DNA from: Bdellovibrionales bacterium
GTDB lineage: Bacteria > Bdellovibrionota > Bdellovibrionia > Bdellovibrionales > JAUICD01
Assembly (NCBI GenBank): GCA_965203275.1
Contig: OZ241865.1
Coordinates: 1,056,001-1,120,000, forward strand
DNA: 64,000 nucleotides
Direction: 5' to 3'
Shown here: positions 9,890 through 21,700 of the stretch, one piece after another
How the letters are laid out: every line of letters begins with the position of its first letter
How positions within the stretch are numbered: the first letter of the stretch is position 1
Notes under the pieces: model-generated
What the model saw: the letters and a program-made list of their open reading frames with translations, nothing else
The model's database searches: none
Told to the model about the DNA's origin: nothing
Made by a program: the position numbers and the translations under genes

Positions 9890-10543
9890 GTTTCACTAAA
9901 AGTAAACCAGCCTCTGGCTGTTTTTGGGCAATCAGCCTTTGATCGACGGCGAGAGCCGTCGGGCTAACTGCCAGAAAACATGCCAGAGGCATGATGCATT
10001 TTGAGTGAATTAGAGGCATATCTTGTTTCCTTAACATTGTGTAAAAAAACGAAGAGATCCTCTCTACTAAAAGTGGTCAGGCTTTTGAGGTGATGACCAT
10101 TTTATCGACGGCGAGAGCCGTCGTGGTCATCACCCAAAAGTGACCAGAGGTCAGACCACTTTTAGTGAGCCAACGCACTTATTTCTAAAAGAGGTTCCTA
10201 CGGGTAGACGAAGATCACCGAAATTAGACAATGAAAGGCCCAAAAAAAAATGATATGTACAACAAAATCAAGGTAAATACAAATTTTAGTAGTGAATTTC
10301 TAGCCGATCTCCTCAAAAAGGAACTTTTTCCCTAACATGTAGTCAAAAAACGAAGAGATCCTCTCTACTAAAAGTGGTCAGGCTTTTGAGGCAATGACCA
10401 TTTTGTCAAAGGCGAAAGCCTTTGCGGTCATTGCCCAAAAGTGACCAGAGGTCAGACCACTTTTAGTGAGCCAACGCACGTATTTCTAAAAGAGGTTCCT
10501 ACGGGTAGACGAAGATCACCGAAATTAGACAATGAAAGGTCCA
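9890..10543. repeat. Structured repeat cluster 2: fold-back chimera plus two module A copies with a duplicated 70-bp flank
   Basis: Copies at ~10020-10171 and ~10320-10472, each followed by a near-identical AACGCAC...AATGAAAGG segment. Confidence 0.92.
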
Positions 10544-10619
10544 TATAAAGTATTGAAACATTTATGCCGATAAGTTGAGTAGATAACAAAAAAAGAGACT
10601 GGATAAAGGGAATTTAGTT

Positions 10620-11513
10620 ATGTACTCTAAATTTAAAGTTTCAGAGAGGATTTTTGTCTATATTACTTTAGGGTTTATCATTTTGATTTTGCTTGCTGTC
10701 TTTCAGAACTGCGAATCAGGAACTATTATTATACCCTCTACTAGTACTACATCTATACCACCTGTACCCAAACCATTTCCAAGCCCGCGTGATCTCAATG
10801 ATATTTCTCCTTCATCTACCCCTTATCGCCCTTCTAGCACTTACACCAACAATCCATCACCTACTATTGCCACCCACCCCTCACCTAGCCCAACACCTGC
10901 TACACCTTGCACAGCAGAAGAGACAAGACAAGGATTTAAGATGAAAAATCATCGATGTCTTCCTTCCTGTGAGTATTTTCATCAAGAAGGTATGAACGCC
11001 CCTGGCGTGACTATGGGTAAAGATACCCAATGTGAAGAAACAAGTCGTTATCATATTCTACCAATCCAACATCCTGTCCATGATGCAGAAAAATGTTGCC
11101 GTAAGTCTAGTAGAATGAATTGTCCTTCAGGCTATCAAAAGCTAACTCGCAATGATGGCACTTATTGTTTCCCTAATTGCGGAACAGCCGCTAATTATGC
11201 AGGTTATGGTGGGCTAGGTCCTGATCGCCGACGAAACACACCTGACGATCCTCACATATTGTCTGTTGGAGCTTCTTGTAGCACTTTAACTGCCAATGGA
11301 CGAAGCGATTGGAGTGACTTTGAATTTTATGATCCTTATACTTTGTTGCCCGATTTGTCTAGTAGACAAGATGTATATGAAGTGATCAATCGTGGGTCAA
11401 ATAATGAAAATCTTGTGTGTTGTAAAAGAGGAACACAAACCAATTTATCTGTGGATTATAGAGAAGATGGAACACATCCAGGCGAAGATGAAGCTTTGGT
11501 TTTTGATGACTAA
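10620..11513 (+). CDS. Cys-rich putative lipoprotein with Pro/Ser/Thr linker
   Basis: Signal peptide ending VFQNC; P/S/T-rich stalk; Cys-rich region with GPDRRRNTPDD. Confidence 0.75.
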   Translation: MYSKFKVSERIFVYITLGFIILILLAVFQNCESGTIIIPSTSTTSIPPVPKPFPSPRDLNDISPSSTPYRPSSTYTNNPSPTIATHPSPSPTPATPCTAEETRQGFKMKNHRCLPSCEYFHQEGMNAPGVTMGKDTQCEETSRYHILPIQHPVHDAEKCCRKSSRMNCPSGYQKLTRNDGTYCFPNCGTAANYAGYGGLGPDRRRNTPDDPHILSVGASCSTLTANGRSDWSDFEFYDPYTLLPDLSSRQDVYEVINRGSNNENLVCCKRGTQTNLSVDYREDGTHPGEDEALVFDD

Positions 11514-11640
11514 GACTAAGCTTTCTTTTTGACAAATTAAGCATGAGAAAGGAGCTATGACCTTTATTATTGTCCTAAAATAGCTATTATTTAGAAAAAA
11601 CCTTAACTTTTCCCCTTAACTTTTCCGATGATCAATGAGA

Positions 11641-11949
11641 TCAGTCATCATAATATACAATTTTAAGATCTTTGTGTGAGGTGGGTTTAGCCTGACAAGT
11701 TAAAATATCTCCGCGAGCTATCTCTTCGTCTGTGAGAGCGTCATTATTTTCCATTATGACATCTCCGGATAAAAGTTTAGCTCTACAGGTTGTACACACT
11801 CCAGCCATACAAGAATAAGGAGCATCCAATCCTGCTTGCAGTGCTGATTCAAGAAGTGTCTCTCCTGGCTGTACTTTTACAGTCATACTTTCGTCTCCTA
11901 GGTTTACTTTCATATCAATGGGCTGAGTAATAAGCTGAGATGTTGACAT
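11641..11949 (-). CDS. 2Fe-2S ferredoxin
   Basis: PYSCMAGVCTTC...LTCQA plant-type ferredoxin motif. Confidence 0.93.
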   Translation of the reverse strand: MSTSQLITQPIDMKVNLGDESMTVKVQPGETLLESALQAGLDAPYSCMAGVCTTCRAKLLSGDVIMENNDALTDEEIARGDILTCQAKPTSHKDLKIVYYDD

Positions 11950-12092
11950 TAAAATCCTTTCATATTTATTATTGTGAGTATTTCTTATTCAATCAGGAAT
12001 CACAAGAGTTTTTATCAATCTATAATCAATCTCTATTTTATAGTCATAAGGCTATATTGACCTTTAGCTTTCTAATATTTTACAATATTTTT

Positions 12093-12992
12093 ATGTCTAG
12101 TCAAAAAGCACCATCTTACACTGATGATATTTATAGTTTAAAATATCAAATACAGCAAATGCAAAAGCAGATAGATCAAAAAGATAGAGATTTAAGAACC
12201 TATAAAGAAGAAATCAAACGTTTAAATGCACAGCTCAAGCCTTTAATTCGAAATATAGAAAACCAACTCAAAGCAGCATCTCAAATACAAAAATATTTGA
12301 TACCTACAGAGATTTTACAAATTTCTGGATTTGATTTTTCTACAAAATACATTTCAGGTCCTGCTTCTGGGGGGGATTACTTTGATATATTCAAGCTTAA
12401 AGACAAACACCGCTTTGCTGTTATTGTAGCTTCTTCTTCAGGCCATGCTATGGCAGCTTTATTTTTATCTGTACTCATTCAGTTATCTTCTCAAATAGAA
12501 GCTAAAAGAAACAGCTCTCCAGCAAAAGTTCTTAAATTTTTAAGTACAAAGCTATCTGAAGCAACACAGACAACTGATACATCGAGTGTATTTTTACTGA
12601 TCATCAATCGTCGGACTTTAGAAATGACTTATTGTAGTGCAGGTGATTTAATGGCATGGTTTCAACCATACAATCCTCTGCAAGCTGGTGGGGATAAACT
12701 CCAAGTTTTAACACCTTCTTCTCCTTCATTGGGATTAACACAGCATAAAGATCTCTCTGAATCTAAATTGTCTCTTAATGCAAAGGATCGTATTATGATC
12801 ATCACTCCAGGGATTATTTCTGCTCTAAATGCTCAAAACTATTCTATTGAGAATTTATTAGAACAAATGAAGACCAAAGAACCCCATGATTTAAGAAATG
12901 AAATCATTTATCAAGCTCAAAAACAAGGTGTCCAAAAGGATATGACAGCAGTTGTGATTGATGTCAAAAGCCGTATTTTAAAGCTAACTTGA
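12093..12992 (+). CDS. PP2C/SpoIIE-family phosphatase-like protein with N-terminal coiled coil
   Basis: ASQIQKYLIP, SGGDYFD, SGHAMAALF, YCSAG motifs; several metal-binding Asp positions look degenerate; start estimated. Confidence 0.8.
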   Translation: MSSQKAPSYTDDIYSLKYQIQQMQKQIDQKDRDLRTYKEEIKRLNAQLKPLIRNIENQLKAASQIQKYLIPTEILQISGFDFSTKYISGPASGGDYFDIFKLKDKHRFAVIVASSSGHAMAALFLSVLIQLSSQIEAKRNSSPAKVLKFLSTKLSEATQTTDTSSVFLLIINRRTLEMTYCSAGDLMAWFQPYNPLQAGGDKLQVLTPSSPSLGLTQHKDLSESKLSLNAKDRIMIITPGIISALNAQNYSIENLLEQMKTKEPHDLRNEIIYQAQKQGVQKDMTAVVIDVKSRILKLT

Positions 12993-12999
12993 AGTAAAA

Positions 13000-13800
13000 T
13001 TACACATTCCAATATTTTTCAAAATGAATATTCCCTGGTTGCCTTCGAGAATGAACAGAGAATCCAAGTTTTTCTAAAATAGCCACCATATCTTGAATCA
13101 TATAAGGGTTGCCACACAGCATGATATGTGTATTTTGAGGGGAGATCTGACATCCTAAACTTTGCTCAATAACTTTACTTTGCCATAAAAGCTGTACTCG
13201 CCCTACGGCTTTTTGACTTGCTTGCCACGTAGGATCAGGTCGACTCACAATAGGAAAATAAAAAAAATTCTTATTTTTTGTAGTCATTTCTATCAGTTCC
13301 GTTTCATAACCTAAGTCGTTTTTATAACGGACTCCATGCAAAAGAACCACTTTATAATCTAAGCGATCTCTTAAAATATGAGATCGAAGCATACTCACAA
13401 AAGGAGCAACACCCGTTCCTGTAGCAATCCAAATTAAATGTGTTTGATCGGGTATAGGATCAAGGGTAAAAAAACCAGCTGCTTTTTTAGCCATCCAAAG
13501 AATATCACCCTCTCTCAAATGAAACAGTCGATGAGTGAGAAGTCCTGATTTAACTTGAGTGATAAAATATTCCACGTGGTTTATTTCACTTTGTCCAGAA
13601 GCAATAGAATAAGATCGTCTTATCCAACGTTGTTTCAGAGGCTTATCCGAGCGATCTGTGATAGGTTGTAAGTCTTCTAAAAGTCCTAAAGTACCAAATT
13701 GACCAGGCTTAAATGGAGCCATAGAACCTTCTAAAAGCCTAATCTTTAAAATCATAAGATTTTTATGAATAAGCTTTTTAGAAATAATTTTTGCATTCAT
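13000..13800 (-). CDS. fpr: Ferredoxin--NADP+ reductase
   Basis: FKPGQF, RRSYSIAS, ATGTGVAPF, LCGNPYMI, C-terminal EKYW. Confidence 0.92.
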   Translation of the reverse strand: MNAKIISKKLIHKNLMILKIRLLEGSMAPFKPGQFGTLGLLEDLQPITDRSDKPLKQRWIRRSYSIASGQSEINHVEYFITQVKSGLLTHRLFHLREGDILWMAKKAAGFFTLDPIPDQTHLIWIATGTGVAPFVSMLRSHILRDRLDYKVVLLHGVRYKNDLGYETELIEMTTKNKNFFYFPIVSRPDPTWQASQKAVGRVQLLWQSKVIEQSLGCQISPQNTHIMLCGNPYMIQDMVAILEKLGFSVHSRRQPGNIHFEKYWNV

Positions 13801-13976
13801 TTTATTTCCTTTAAAGTAATAGGGTTATTTCATTGCTAAATAGCATTGCAATTACCCTCATTAGATATATTTTGATAAGGAAAAAAACAACTAAAAAGAG
13901 TATATTCCAGCACATTCATTGGCAAAACATAAATGATTATAGAATTCATATTAAAATACAGAACACTATAATGCTC

Positions 13977-14528
13977 TTAAGCTGCTTTGAATACATGAGA
14001 TAAAGAATGAAAAAGTTTTTCGATAGATGTCACTTCATGCACAAGAAGAAAATCTTCATGATCAATAAAACCTTCCTTCTGAATATACCTGAGGTGATTC
14101 ATTAACAAATCATAAAACCCTAAATGATTTAAAATAAAGATAGGCTCTTGATGATGATCTAACTTGCTCCAAGTGAGGACCTCAAACAACTCATCTAAAG
14201 TGCCAAAACCTCCAGGTAAAATCAGAAAGGCATCAGCTAGATCATACATTTTTTCTTTTCTTTCATGCATGGTATTGACAGAAATAAGCTCTGTAAGACC
14301 TGTATGAACTTTTTCTTTCCCAAGCATTTTTTGAGGAAACACACCATAGGCGTGACCGCCATGTTCTAAAACAGAATCAGCGACAGCTGTCATAATGCCT
14401 TCACAGGCTCCTCCATAGACAAGATCCCATGAATATTCGACTAACTTCTTCCCAAGCGATTTGCCCAAATCAATATAATCTTGTGTGGGAGAACGCATCC
14501 CACAGAAAACACAAAGTTTTTTATTCAT
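13977..14528 (-). CDS. LOG-family nucleotide phosphoribohydrolase
   Basis: LVYGG, MHERK, LPGGFGTLDELFE motifs. Confidence 0.93.
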   Translation of the reverse strand: MNKKLCVFCGMRSPTQDYIDLGKSLGKKLVEYSWDLVYGGACEGIMTAVADSVLEHGGHAYGVFPQKMLGKEKVHTGLTELISVNTMHERKEKMYDLADAFLILPGGFGTLDELFEVLTWSKLDHHQEPIFILNHLGFYDLLMNHLRYIQKEGFIDHEDFLLVHEVTSIEKLFHSLSHVFKAA

Positions 14529-14724
14529 AATTTCACCTCTATCACTTCTATACTTCTATCACTTCTATACTTCTATAACAAGTATTTTACAAGTTTGAAA
14601 CATCAAAATCAATGAAAATATCCATTTCATTTGACTTTTATACAGTTTAAAGTTACTTTAAAATTTTTTTATGTTTCAATCAGACTGGGATTAGACAATA
14701 ATAGATGTGTAAGAAGGAAGTACC

Positions 14725-15450
14725 ATGTTCATCACCTTACTTTTGAAGTCTTTTAGGCTCAAAGCATTATTATTCATATTTATCTTTTGTTTTCCAAGCC
14801 TTGCTCATACTAACTCCATGGATGTGATCCTCTATGGAGGTATGAAGCGATTTAATGGAACAAAAATCAGTGAACCTAGCTTAGGTCCTTACAAGGCTAG
14901 TTTTGAAAATCATGCTTGGATTTTTGGTATGGATGCTGTTTATAAATTTCCCATTCGTTTAAATATAGGCATAAGGTACCAACACCTTATATCTTCAGGT
15001 ATGTACAAGCACACTATAGAGGAATCTCAAACACAAGAAGATATTGAAAAGCTACAACCTTTTTATTTTAATTTTGATCGTATTTCTTTTTTAACTAGCT
15101 ACCAGTTTATTTCTCGTCCTGCTCCTGCAGGATTTTTTTTAGGACTTTTGTTGGCTATAGATATTTGGCACTATATGAAATTTGACATGCCTGAAACAAA
15201 CGATATGCCTTTTGATAAAAAACTAACCCATCAACAATGGTTATGGGAAAAGATCACAGGTCAAGCTGGATTAGAACTTGGTTTGAGATGGACTCATTTA
15301 TTTATAAAGACAGAGGTGGGGTATATTTTATCATCTTTTGATAATTTAATTTGTCAATCTAATACGAAGCAATGCGATAGCCATACATCAGAAGATATTT
15401 TTTCTTTAAGCTCTTTTTACGGTATTATAGGTATAGGTTATTCTTTCTAA
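14725..15450 (+). CDS. Hypothetical outer-membrane beta-barrel-like protein
   Basis: Signal peptide, amphipathic strands, C-terminal GIGYSF. Confidence 0.6.
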   Translation: MFITLLLKSFRLKALLFIFIFCFPSLAHTNSMDVILYGGMKRFNGTKISEPSLGPYKASFENHAWIFGMDAVYKFPIRLNIGIRYQHLISSGMYKHTIEESQTQEDIEKLQPFYFNFDRISFLTSYQFISRPAPAGFFLGLLLAIDIWHYMKFDMPETNDMPFDKKLTHQQWLWEKITGQAGLELGLRWTHLFIKTEVGYILSSFDNLICQSNTKQCDSHTSEDIFSLSSFYGIIGIGYSF

Positions 15451-15565
15451 TTTGATTTTCTTTACCATCATATCATTGAAAGCCTTTTTTAAATTCATCA
15501 CAAAGTGTTGAAATAACTAAGATAAGCCGACTTTTTTGTTTTTAGAGAATCATATATTTTAGAAA

Positions 15566-17125
15566 TTATGCAGTATCCATATCTTCATTTTCATCTTCAT
15601 CATCTTCATCTTCATCTTTAGAGAGATCAAATTTCTTATAAGAATAATAATAATCCAACTGGGTGGGTGTAACCATTTTTATAGAAGCTCTTGATGTCAA
15701 TACTTCTATTACAGTCCCCCTCATCATATCAAAGGCCATCATAGACATGAGTGCATTTTCACTTTTTTTAAGAGCTTTAATGCGCTTAAGTAAGTCTTCA
15801 TCTTCTAATTCTGACATTCTTTTCCTTACCTCTTGAGCTATGGGCAGAAAAATACCCCATTTTTTTGCAAGTGACTTAATCAAGAATATTTCAGCAATCG
15901 AACGACGAGTATGCAAATCAAAAAGCTTACTATCGCTCTCAGCAAGTTCCTTTTTATGTTTTAGAATAATCTGTTTTTGTTCCTCAAAAGTATCTGGCGA
16001 AATATAAAGAGGATTTTGTCTGATCAGTTCTGCCATAATGTTTTTTTGCAAAAGCCGGTCAATGCGTTCTTGTTCTAACTTTTTACTTTTCTTTTCTGCT
16101 TCCTTTTGCATATCCACTAAAGAAGAAAAACCTGCCTTTTGAGCTAATTGATCATCTAATGGGGGTAATATCTTTTTACATATCTGTCGCAGAGAAACTC
16201 CAAATTTTATATGTTTATCATCATCATTCCTTTTCCTTTTATTAGGCCACGTGACAGTAATAACTTTCTTTTCACCAATTTGCATATCAGCAATATTCAT
16301 TTCAAGTTGGTGAAAAACATAAGGATTACCAAGATAAGCACCATCCATAAGTTCTAAAGTCTTAGGCGTAGGCCTTAATTGAACTTGAGGAATTTCTGTA
16401 TGTTGCTTGGCATGATTGTTTAAAATATTACTTGAATCAGCAACAACAACATCAAATATAAGATTTTCTATCTCATTGATCTTTGTCTTAGGATCATAAC
16501 AATCAATATAAATGGTATCACTAATTTGTACTTGTTTGCGATCATCTATGGGTACAAGTTTCATAAAATTTTCTCTATATTTTTCAATAATGTGATGTAC
16601 ACCAATAGCCACATTATTTTTATTGAAATTTTCTTTTGAAATGTCTAAGTCTATAACAAATTCACCTTTTTCCAGACGAATAGAGTCATCTTCTTTGCTT
16701 TGCTGATCATTATTTTCTTCATTTTTATCCTCACCATCTTGATCACTTTCGTCATCCTCCTTAGCATAGCCATGAAGCCTCACTTCAAATATGAGGGATT
16801 TATCTTCTGACATTTGCTTAATATCGACACGGCTAGGTGCTGATGTTAAAGAAATTTTATGAGCATCGATCATCTTAGCAAGATACTTTTTGACTAAAAA
16901 ATCCGTCGCAGCATCCCGTGCTTCTTTTCGATACAATTGTTTGATTAAGGCTAGAGGAACTTTACCTTTACGAAAACCCTTTGCAGAGGATGTTTGTTGA
17001 AGTTTTTTATATTGATTATCAAATTCTCTCTGAACAACATCGGCTGCCACTTCTACAAAACAAGAATACTCTGTATCCGAGATCTTTTTAAGCTTAGACC
17101 TTGTAACATTAACTTCTACATCCAT
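15566..17125 (-). CDS. tig: Trigger factor, divergent, with acidic insertions
   Basis: GFRKGKVP ribosome-binding motif, LPPLDDQLAQ; D/E-rich insert and tail. Confidence 0.75.
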   Translation of the reverse strand: MDVEVNVTRSKLKKISDTEYSCFVEVAADVVQREFDNQYKKLQQTSSAKGFRKGKVPLALIKQLYRKEARDAATDFLVKKYLAKMIDAHKISLTSAPSRVDIKQMSEDKSLIFEVRLHGYAKEDDESDQDGEDKNEENNDQQSKEDDSIRLEKGEFVIDLDISKENFNKNNVAIGVHHIIEKYRENFMKLVPIDDRKQVQISDTIYIDCYDPKTKINEIENLIFDVVVADSSNILNNHAKQHTEIPQVQLRPTPKTLELMDGAYLGNPYVFHQLEMNIADMQIGEKKVITVTWPNKRKRNDDDKHIKFGVSLRQICKKILPPLDDQLAQKAGFSSLVDMQKEAEKKSKKLEQERIDRLLQKNIMAELIRQNPLYISPDTFEEQKQIILKHKKELAESDSKLFDLHTRRSIAEIFLIKSLAKKWGIFLPIAQEVRKRMSELEDEDLLKRIKALKKSENALMSMMAFDMMRGTVIEVLTSRASIKMVTPTQLDYYYSYKKFDLSKDEDEDDEDENEDMDTA

Positions 17126-17195
17126 AAAACCTCTTAAAAAGCATTAAATCAAGAAGGCTATTCATTGAAAATCAAAATTTACTCAATAAATACAA

Positions 17196-17225
17196 CAAAA
17201 TAGGCACTTTATTATGCCTATTTTG
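17196..17225 (-). terminator. Probable intrinsic terminator after the 17247-18248 gene
   Basis: CAAAATAGGCA / TGCCTATTTTG inverted repeat just past the stop. Confidence 0.5.
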
Positions 17226-17246
17226 CTTTTATGTCACTGTTTAAGA

Positions 17247-18248
17247 CTATGCTGCTGCTAGTGGAGTATTAAGAGTTCCGCACTTCACAGATGTCAAAGT
17301 GAGTAACCTTTGCATAGCACCAAGTACATTGTTTGTAGTTTGCTGTGCCATTTGCGACCCAGAATTAAATAATTGTTCCATTTTAGCAAGAATTTGATTT
17401 TTAGCATCTGTATAAGTTCGAGTACCTGGAGTTACAGCTAAGAAAATTCTTAATAAATTATTAACAGCAGGGTTTTTAGAAACATCCCATTTAGTCACAC
17501 ATTCTGAAGCTTTAGGACCTGGAATCATAAGATTATTTTCCAGCAAGCCACTGACACGAGATATTGCTGAAGGGATCAAACGAGCCATTTGAGTATCTCT
17601 TGTCTGTGTAGCTCTATTTGAAAGAGCTATTCTTAGATTTCCTATTGCCGCCGTAAAACGCCCCTTCATCTTTGCACTGAGACGTTCTACAGGAACTACA
17701 TCTGTATTGGTCACAAGAGGTGTTGCCACATCTCTTACTGAAATGCCATTAGCATTTATTGATTGAGAGAAGCGATTAAGTAATTCTGGCCGGCTCAACT
17801 CCTCAGTGATTGTTCTTTCAATAAGCTCTGGTGTAAAACTCTGTGAATTTTCAATGCGAGTGTTGAGCGTATTTAAAGCATTTATAAAAACTTCCGCTTG
17901 ACTTACAAATCGAGGATTTTGTGAAGTCTTTAATCCATTAACAACTGCTGTAAAGTGATTAAGCTTTGCCTGCCCTGTTGCACTTTCAAATTGAGTGACA
18001 AGAGCCTCTAATCCTGCAGCATTTCTAGCTGTGTTGAGAATAGCACGAGCAGCAGAAGAGTCGAGATAGCTTTCACTATGAACACCTCTTCCTTTTGTTA
18101 ATTCATCTGTTTTTTGCAAAGTATTCCTGGCACTATTCACAGCCTTCCGGGCTACTGTACCAATCCCCTTGTTAGCAATTCCATTGTTCATATTGATTCC
18201 TAAAACCAAAGTACTGACTAAACATGTAGTAAAAATATAAAACCTCAT
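17247..18248 (-). CDS. Hypothetical secreted protein
   Basis: 333-aa ORF, signal peptide, AAGGAG SD. Confidence 0.7.
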   Translation of the reverse strand: MRFYIFTTCLVSTLVLGINMNNGIANKGIGTVARKAVNSARNTLQKTDELTKGRGVHSESYLDSSAARAILNTARNAAGLEALVTQFESATGQAKLNHFTAVVNGLKTSQNPRFVSQAEVFINALNTLNTRIENSQSFTPELIERTITEELSRPELLNRFSQSINANGISVRDVATPLVTNTDVVPVERLSAKMKGRFTAAIGNLRIALSNRATQTRDTQMARLIPSAISRVSGLLENNLMIPGPKASECVTKWDVSKNPAVNNLLRIFLAVTPGTRTYTDAKNQILAKMEQLFNSGSQMAQQTTNNVLGAMQRLLTLTSVKCGTLNTPLAAA

Positions 18249-18719
18249 AACAAAATCTCCTTTTATTCTAAATAGCTAATTGTTGTTATTACTTATATCA
18301 TAATTTATCATAATTTAAGATAAATTAAACTTACAAAACTCTTTTAAGCAAAATCTTTAAATAAATCAAGAAAAAAATACAATTTTATAACTCTCTCGAT
18401 TTGACTTCAAAAATTTTAGCTCAAACTTAACTGTCCTTTCATATAACATTCTGCACATACAAAGTCAATACAAAATCAATATTTTTTAGAGATTTCAACC
18501 AAACATACTCTAAATACCTTATTTTTATATAAAAATTACAATTAACCCACTGCGTCATGGCCCTTTCTAGCCATTTTTGATGAGTTTTCATAAAAATCTA
18601 CATTCAGTCAGGCCTTGAGTATGTTTATTGTTTTAGGGGAAAATACTTAGAAAAATCAGCTACATCCTAGCGATGTTCAAGCAAGGTTCAATAAGATTCA
18701 AGATTATTGACGCAGGGTA

Positions 18720-18748
18720 TTGACTTAAAGCCAAAGCTATGGTATAAA
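18720..18748 (+). promoter_or_regulatory. Sigma70-like promoter
   Basis: TTGACT, 17-bp spacer, TATAAA with extended -10 TG, upstream of the 18799 ORF. Confidence 0.5.
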
Positions 18749-18798
18749 CTTAACTTTTAAGTCAAATAAGTCAAAAAAAGCAAAAAAAGAGCAAAAGG

Positions 18799-21700
18799 TT
18801 GTATTTTATGAGGTTATTTCAACTTAAACGCTATTTAATTATTTTAATTTGTCTTTCCTTAGGATTGACAAGTCCTGCTTTATCTCAGGAGGTTTCACTA
18901 ACAATCAGTGAAGGAACTCCCAATGAGGTCAATGAAGCAATACAGCCAGAAGATTCTCTCATAACAGAAATTAATACTCAAATCGATGAATTAAAAGAAG
19001 ATGTAAGACGACATGCTCAAGCAGCTTGTTGTACAGGTGTTCCTGGAGTTGAACTTGATTATACAAATTTAGATAACATTAACTTACTGACCATCAGGTA
19101 TATCAATCTCAAAAAAATAATTCAAGATTATAATTATATAAATGAAAATCCAGATAGGGAAAATATCACAAAGATCATCTGGGTTGCAGTGATGTTGACT
19201 ATTGCCTTTCAAATTATTACAGCACAAATGTACTTAGGACAACCTTTAAATGAAATAGACCTGTCTTTTTCTACATTTTCTTTATTAAAAGATGGATTAG
19301 TGGAAGTAATAGAACAATATAATAATCTGCCAATAGAGGGGAGATCAGGTATATTATTCTATCAAGAAGATCAAACTCATTTGCATATTCAGATACATCC
19401 CTCAGGATTGCAACAAATACAAATGGCTATTGAAATAGCACAAGATTCTAATAAAGCTTTAACTCAGTTGATATTTTATCCTATTTTACAAAATTACTAT
19501 AGTAGCATATTAAAAACACAAACTTTGAGAGGAATTGAAGAGATCACCTATCCTGATGTTAGGCATCTGATTGAAGATGGATATTTTTCATTTCATTTAA
19601 GTGAAGATGTTTGGAAAGAAATCCATAAAAAAAATATAGAAGAAAGATTTGAACAATCTCCACAATTTAAAGCCTTCAATGAGAAAGCGGAAGCCAGAGT
19701 AGCAAGATTTCAAACTATAATGAAAGATATAGAAGAAAGCTTTCAAACAGCGATTTTAAATGCTTTTCAAGAAGAGTTTTACATGAACAGTATGAACAGT
19801 GATGAACCTTCTGCTAAGCCTGCCACAGAAATAGCACATCTTAATTTTTTTATTAAGAAAGATTGGTTAAATATGACTCTTACTCCAGAACATCGCAATT
19901 GGATTTTACGGGTCATACCTCAAGGCATTCAAGATCTAGGAGGCATAACTTTTAATTCTTTGCACTTAGAGGAGTTTAAAAGTTTTGATGATAATGATAT
20001 GAAGGCTATACTGGAAATTGGATCTAATGATCATTTTGTGGCTATATGTTCAAACAATATTAATGACGATTGTAGACGTGTTTTTGCTTCAGTCTTTCTT
20101 TCAGCTAAATTATTTGCCATCAGACAGCATATATGTTCAGCCTATCTTAGTGTTGCTCCTAACTTCACTCATCTTTCAGAAGAAGAAAAAATCCAATTGG
20201 GAATTATAGACCATAATTGCAAAGACAATCAATATCATACAGACGCTTTAGATAATACATCAGAAAATATCATTTCTTCTCATTATTTCAATCGTCATCT
20301 TACCTCAGACTTTTTTTCAGAAAGTGAAAAAGAATCCATAGAAGAAGTTATAAACATGGATGAAACAAAAGTAAATTGTGAAAACACTTTGTCGATAACC
20401 TTTATTATCAATTGTATTCAAGAAGATTTACTTCAAACACGTTTAGAAAATTCAGCTTTAATAGATAGCTGGATTGAAAAAGCACTCACAGCATATCAAC
20501 AAAGACCTGAACAATCTTATACCATAGAAGATCTAGAGGCAGAAGGGGAACAGTTCAAAGTTCAAATACTTGAAGAATATAACCAATTATTAGAGCTTCA
20601 AGCACCAGCTTATGCTGCTCAAAATGCACACAATGAATATATGGATAAAGTCATACAAGATGTCATAGAAATTGTTAATTTAGATGCCACTATTGAACAT
20701 CAACCACCTATTCCAGTGTCTCTCTATGGAACGATCAAACTGCAAAAAGATTTTGAACTCTATCAAGAATCAGAAGTGATTATGTACGATGTTTTACGTA
20801 ATACTCAAGGATCAGAAAGTTACTTTAATGCAAGAGCAAAATTTAATGCTCAATTAAAAAACCAAGTCACTTCTCTAACAAATGTTGATGATATCTATCA
20901 CACAAATGATCGTATTTTTATTGATCCAGACAAAGTAAGGGTAGCTTTAAATCAACCACTATCAGAATCAATAGCCCTACAGTCAAGATGGGGGCAAGAG
21001 GCTTATCAACAAACTATTGCACATCAAAGGCAAGTCTTAGAAAATCTTGTAAATATAGGGCAGGATATGGGATTTTTTAAAGTTCCTTCTCATTTAGAGA
21101 GCCTGTCAAAAGAACACAAGAGTCAGTATATACCTTCAGTAAGGGATATTTTATCTCATTTGCAACCTCCGCAAGGCTTTTGGAATTCTATAGTTGATTG
21201 GTGGCAATCAGATTGGTTTCCTTGGTACTTGCAACAATATACAGAAAATCAAAAAAAAGAAATACTAAATAATCATCGTATTTTGCAAAAGCACTACGGG
21301 TCAGAAGAAGAAGATCGCCTCTTTTTTGAAGTCATTGCAGAGGAATGTAAAAATGACTTTTTTATTGACCAATATCAATATCAAGACCAGCATTGCAATA
21401 GAGAAAAAGTCTCTGGTCTTATAGTGGAAGCTTTAGCAACATTTGAAACAGAAATTACAGAGCAGTTTCATAATCTTATAGACTCATCTGACCCAGAGTC
21501 TCATCTTGAAAAGGCTCTTAATTTTATTTCTGGCGATAACCACATAACAGCAGTACTTTCTCAAGAACCTTACAATGCATCTTTTGATTTTCATGCAGAC
21601 AGATTACGTGATCTCAGAACACCTACAAAAAAAGAAGAGCTATTACTTAATCTTAGTATCATTTCAGAAAGACTTTCTCTTTTATTTCTATTGAGTATTG

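Noticed and set aside
10360..10472. Module A as a hammerhead ribozyme, tRNA or group II intron domain V
   Set aside because: It lacks the CUGANGA/GAAA core, a cloverleaf with T-loop, and the domain V catalytic pattern
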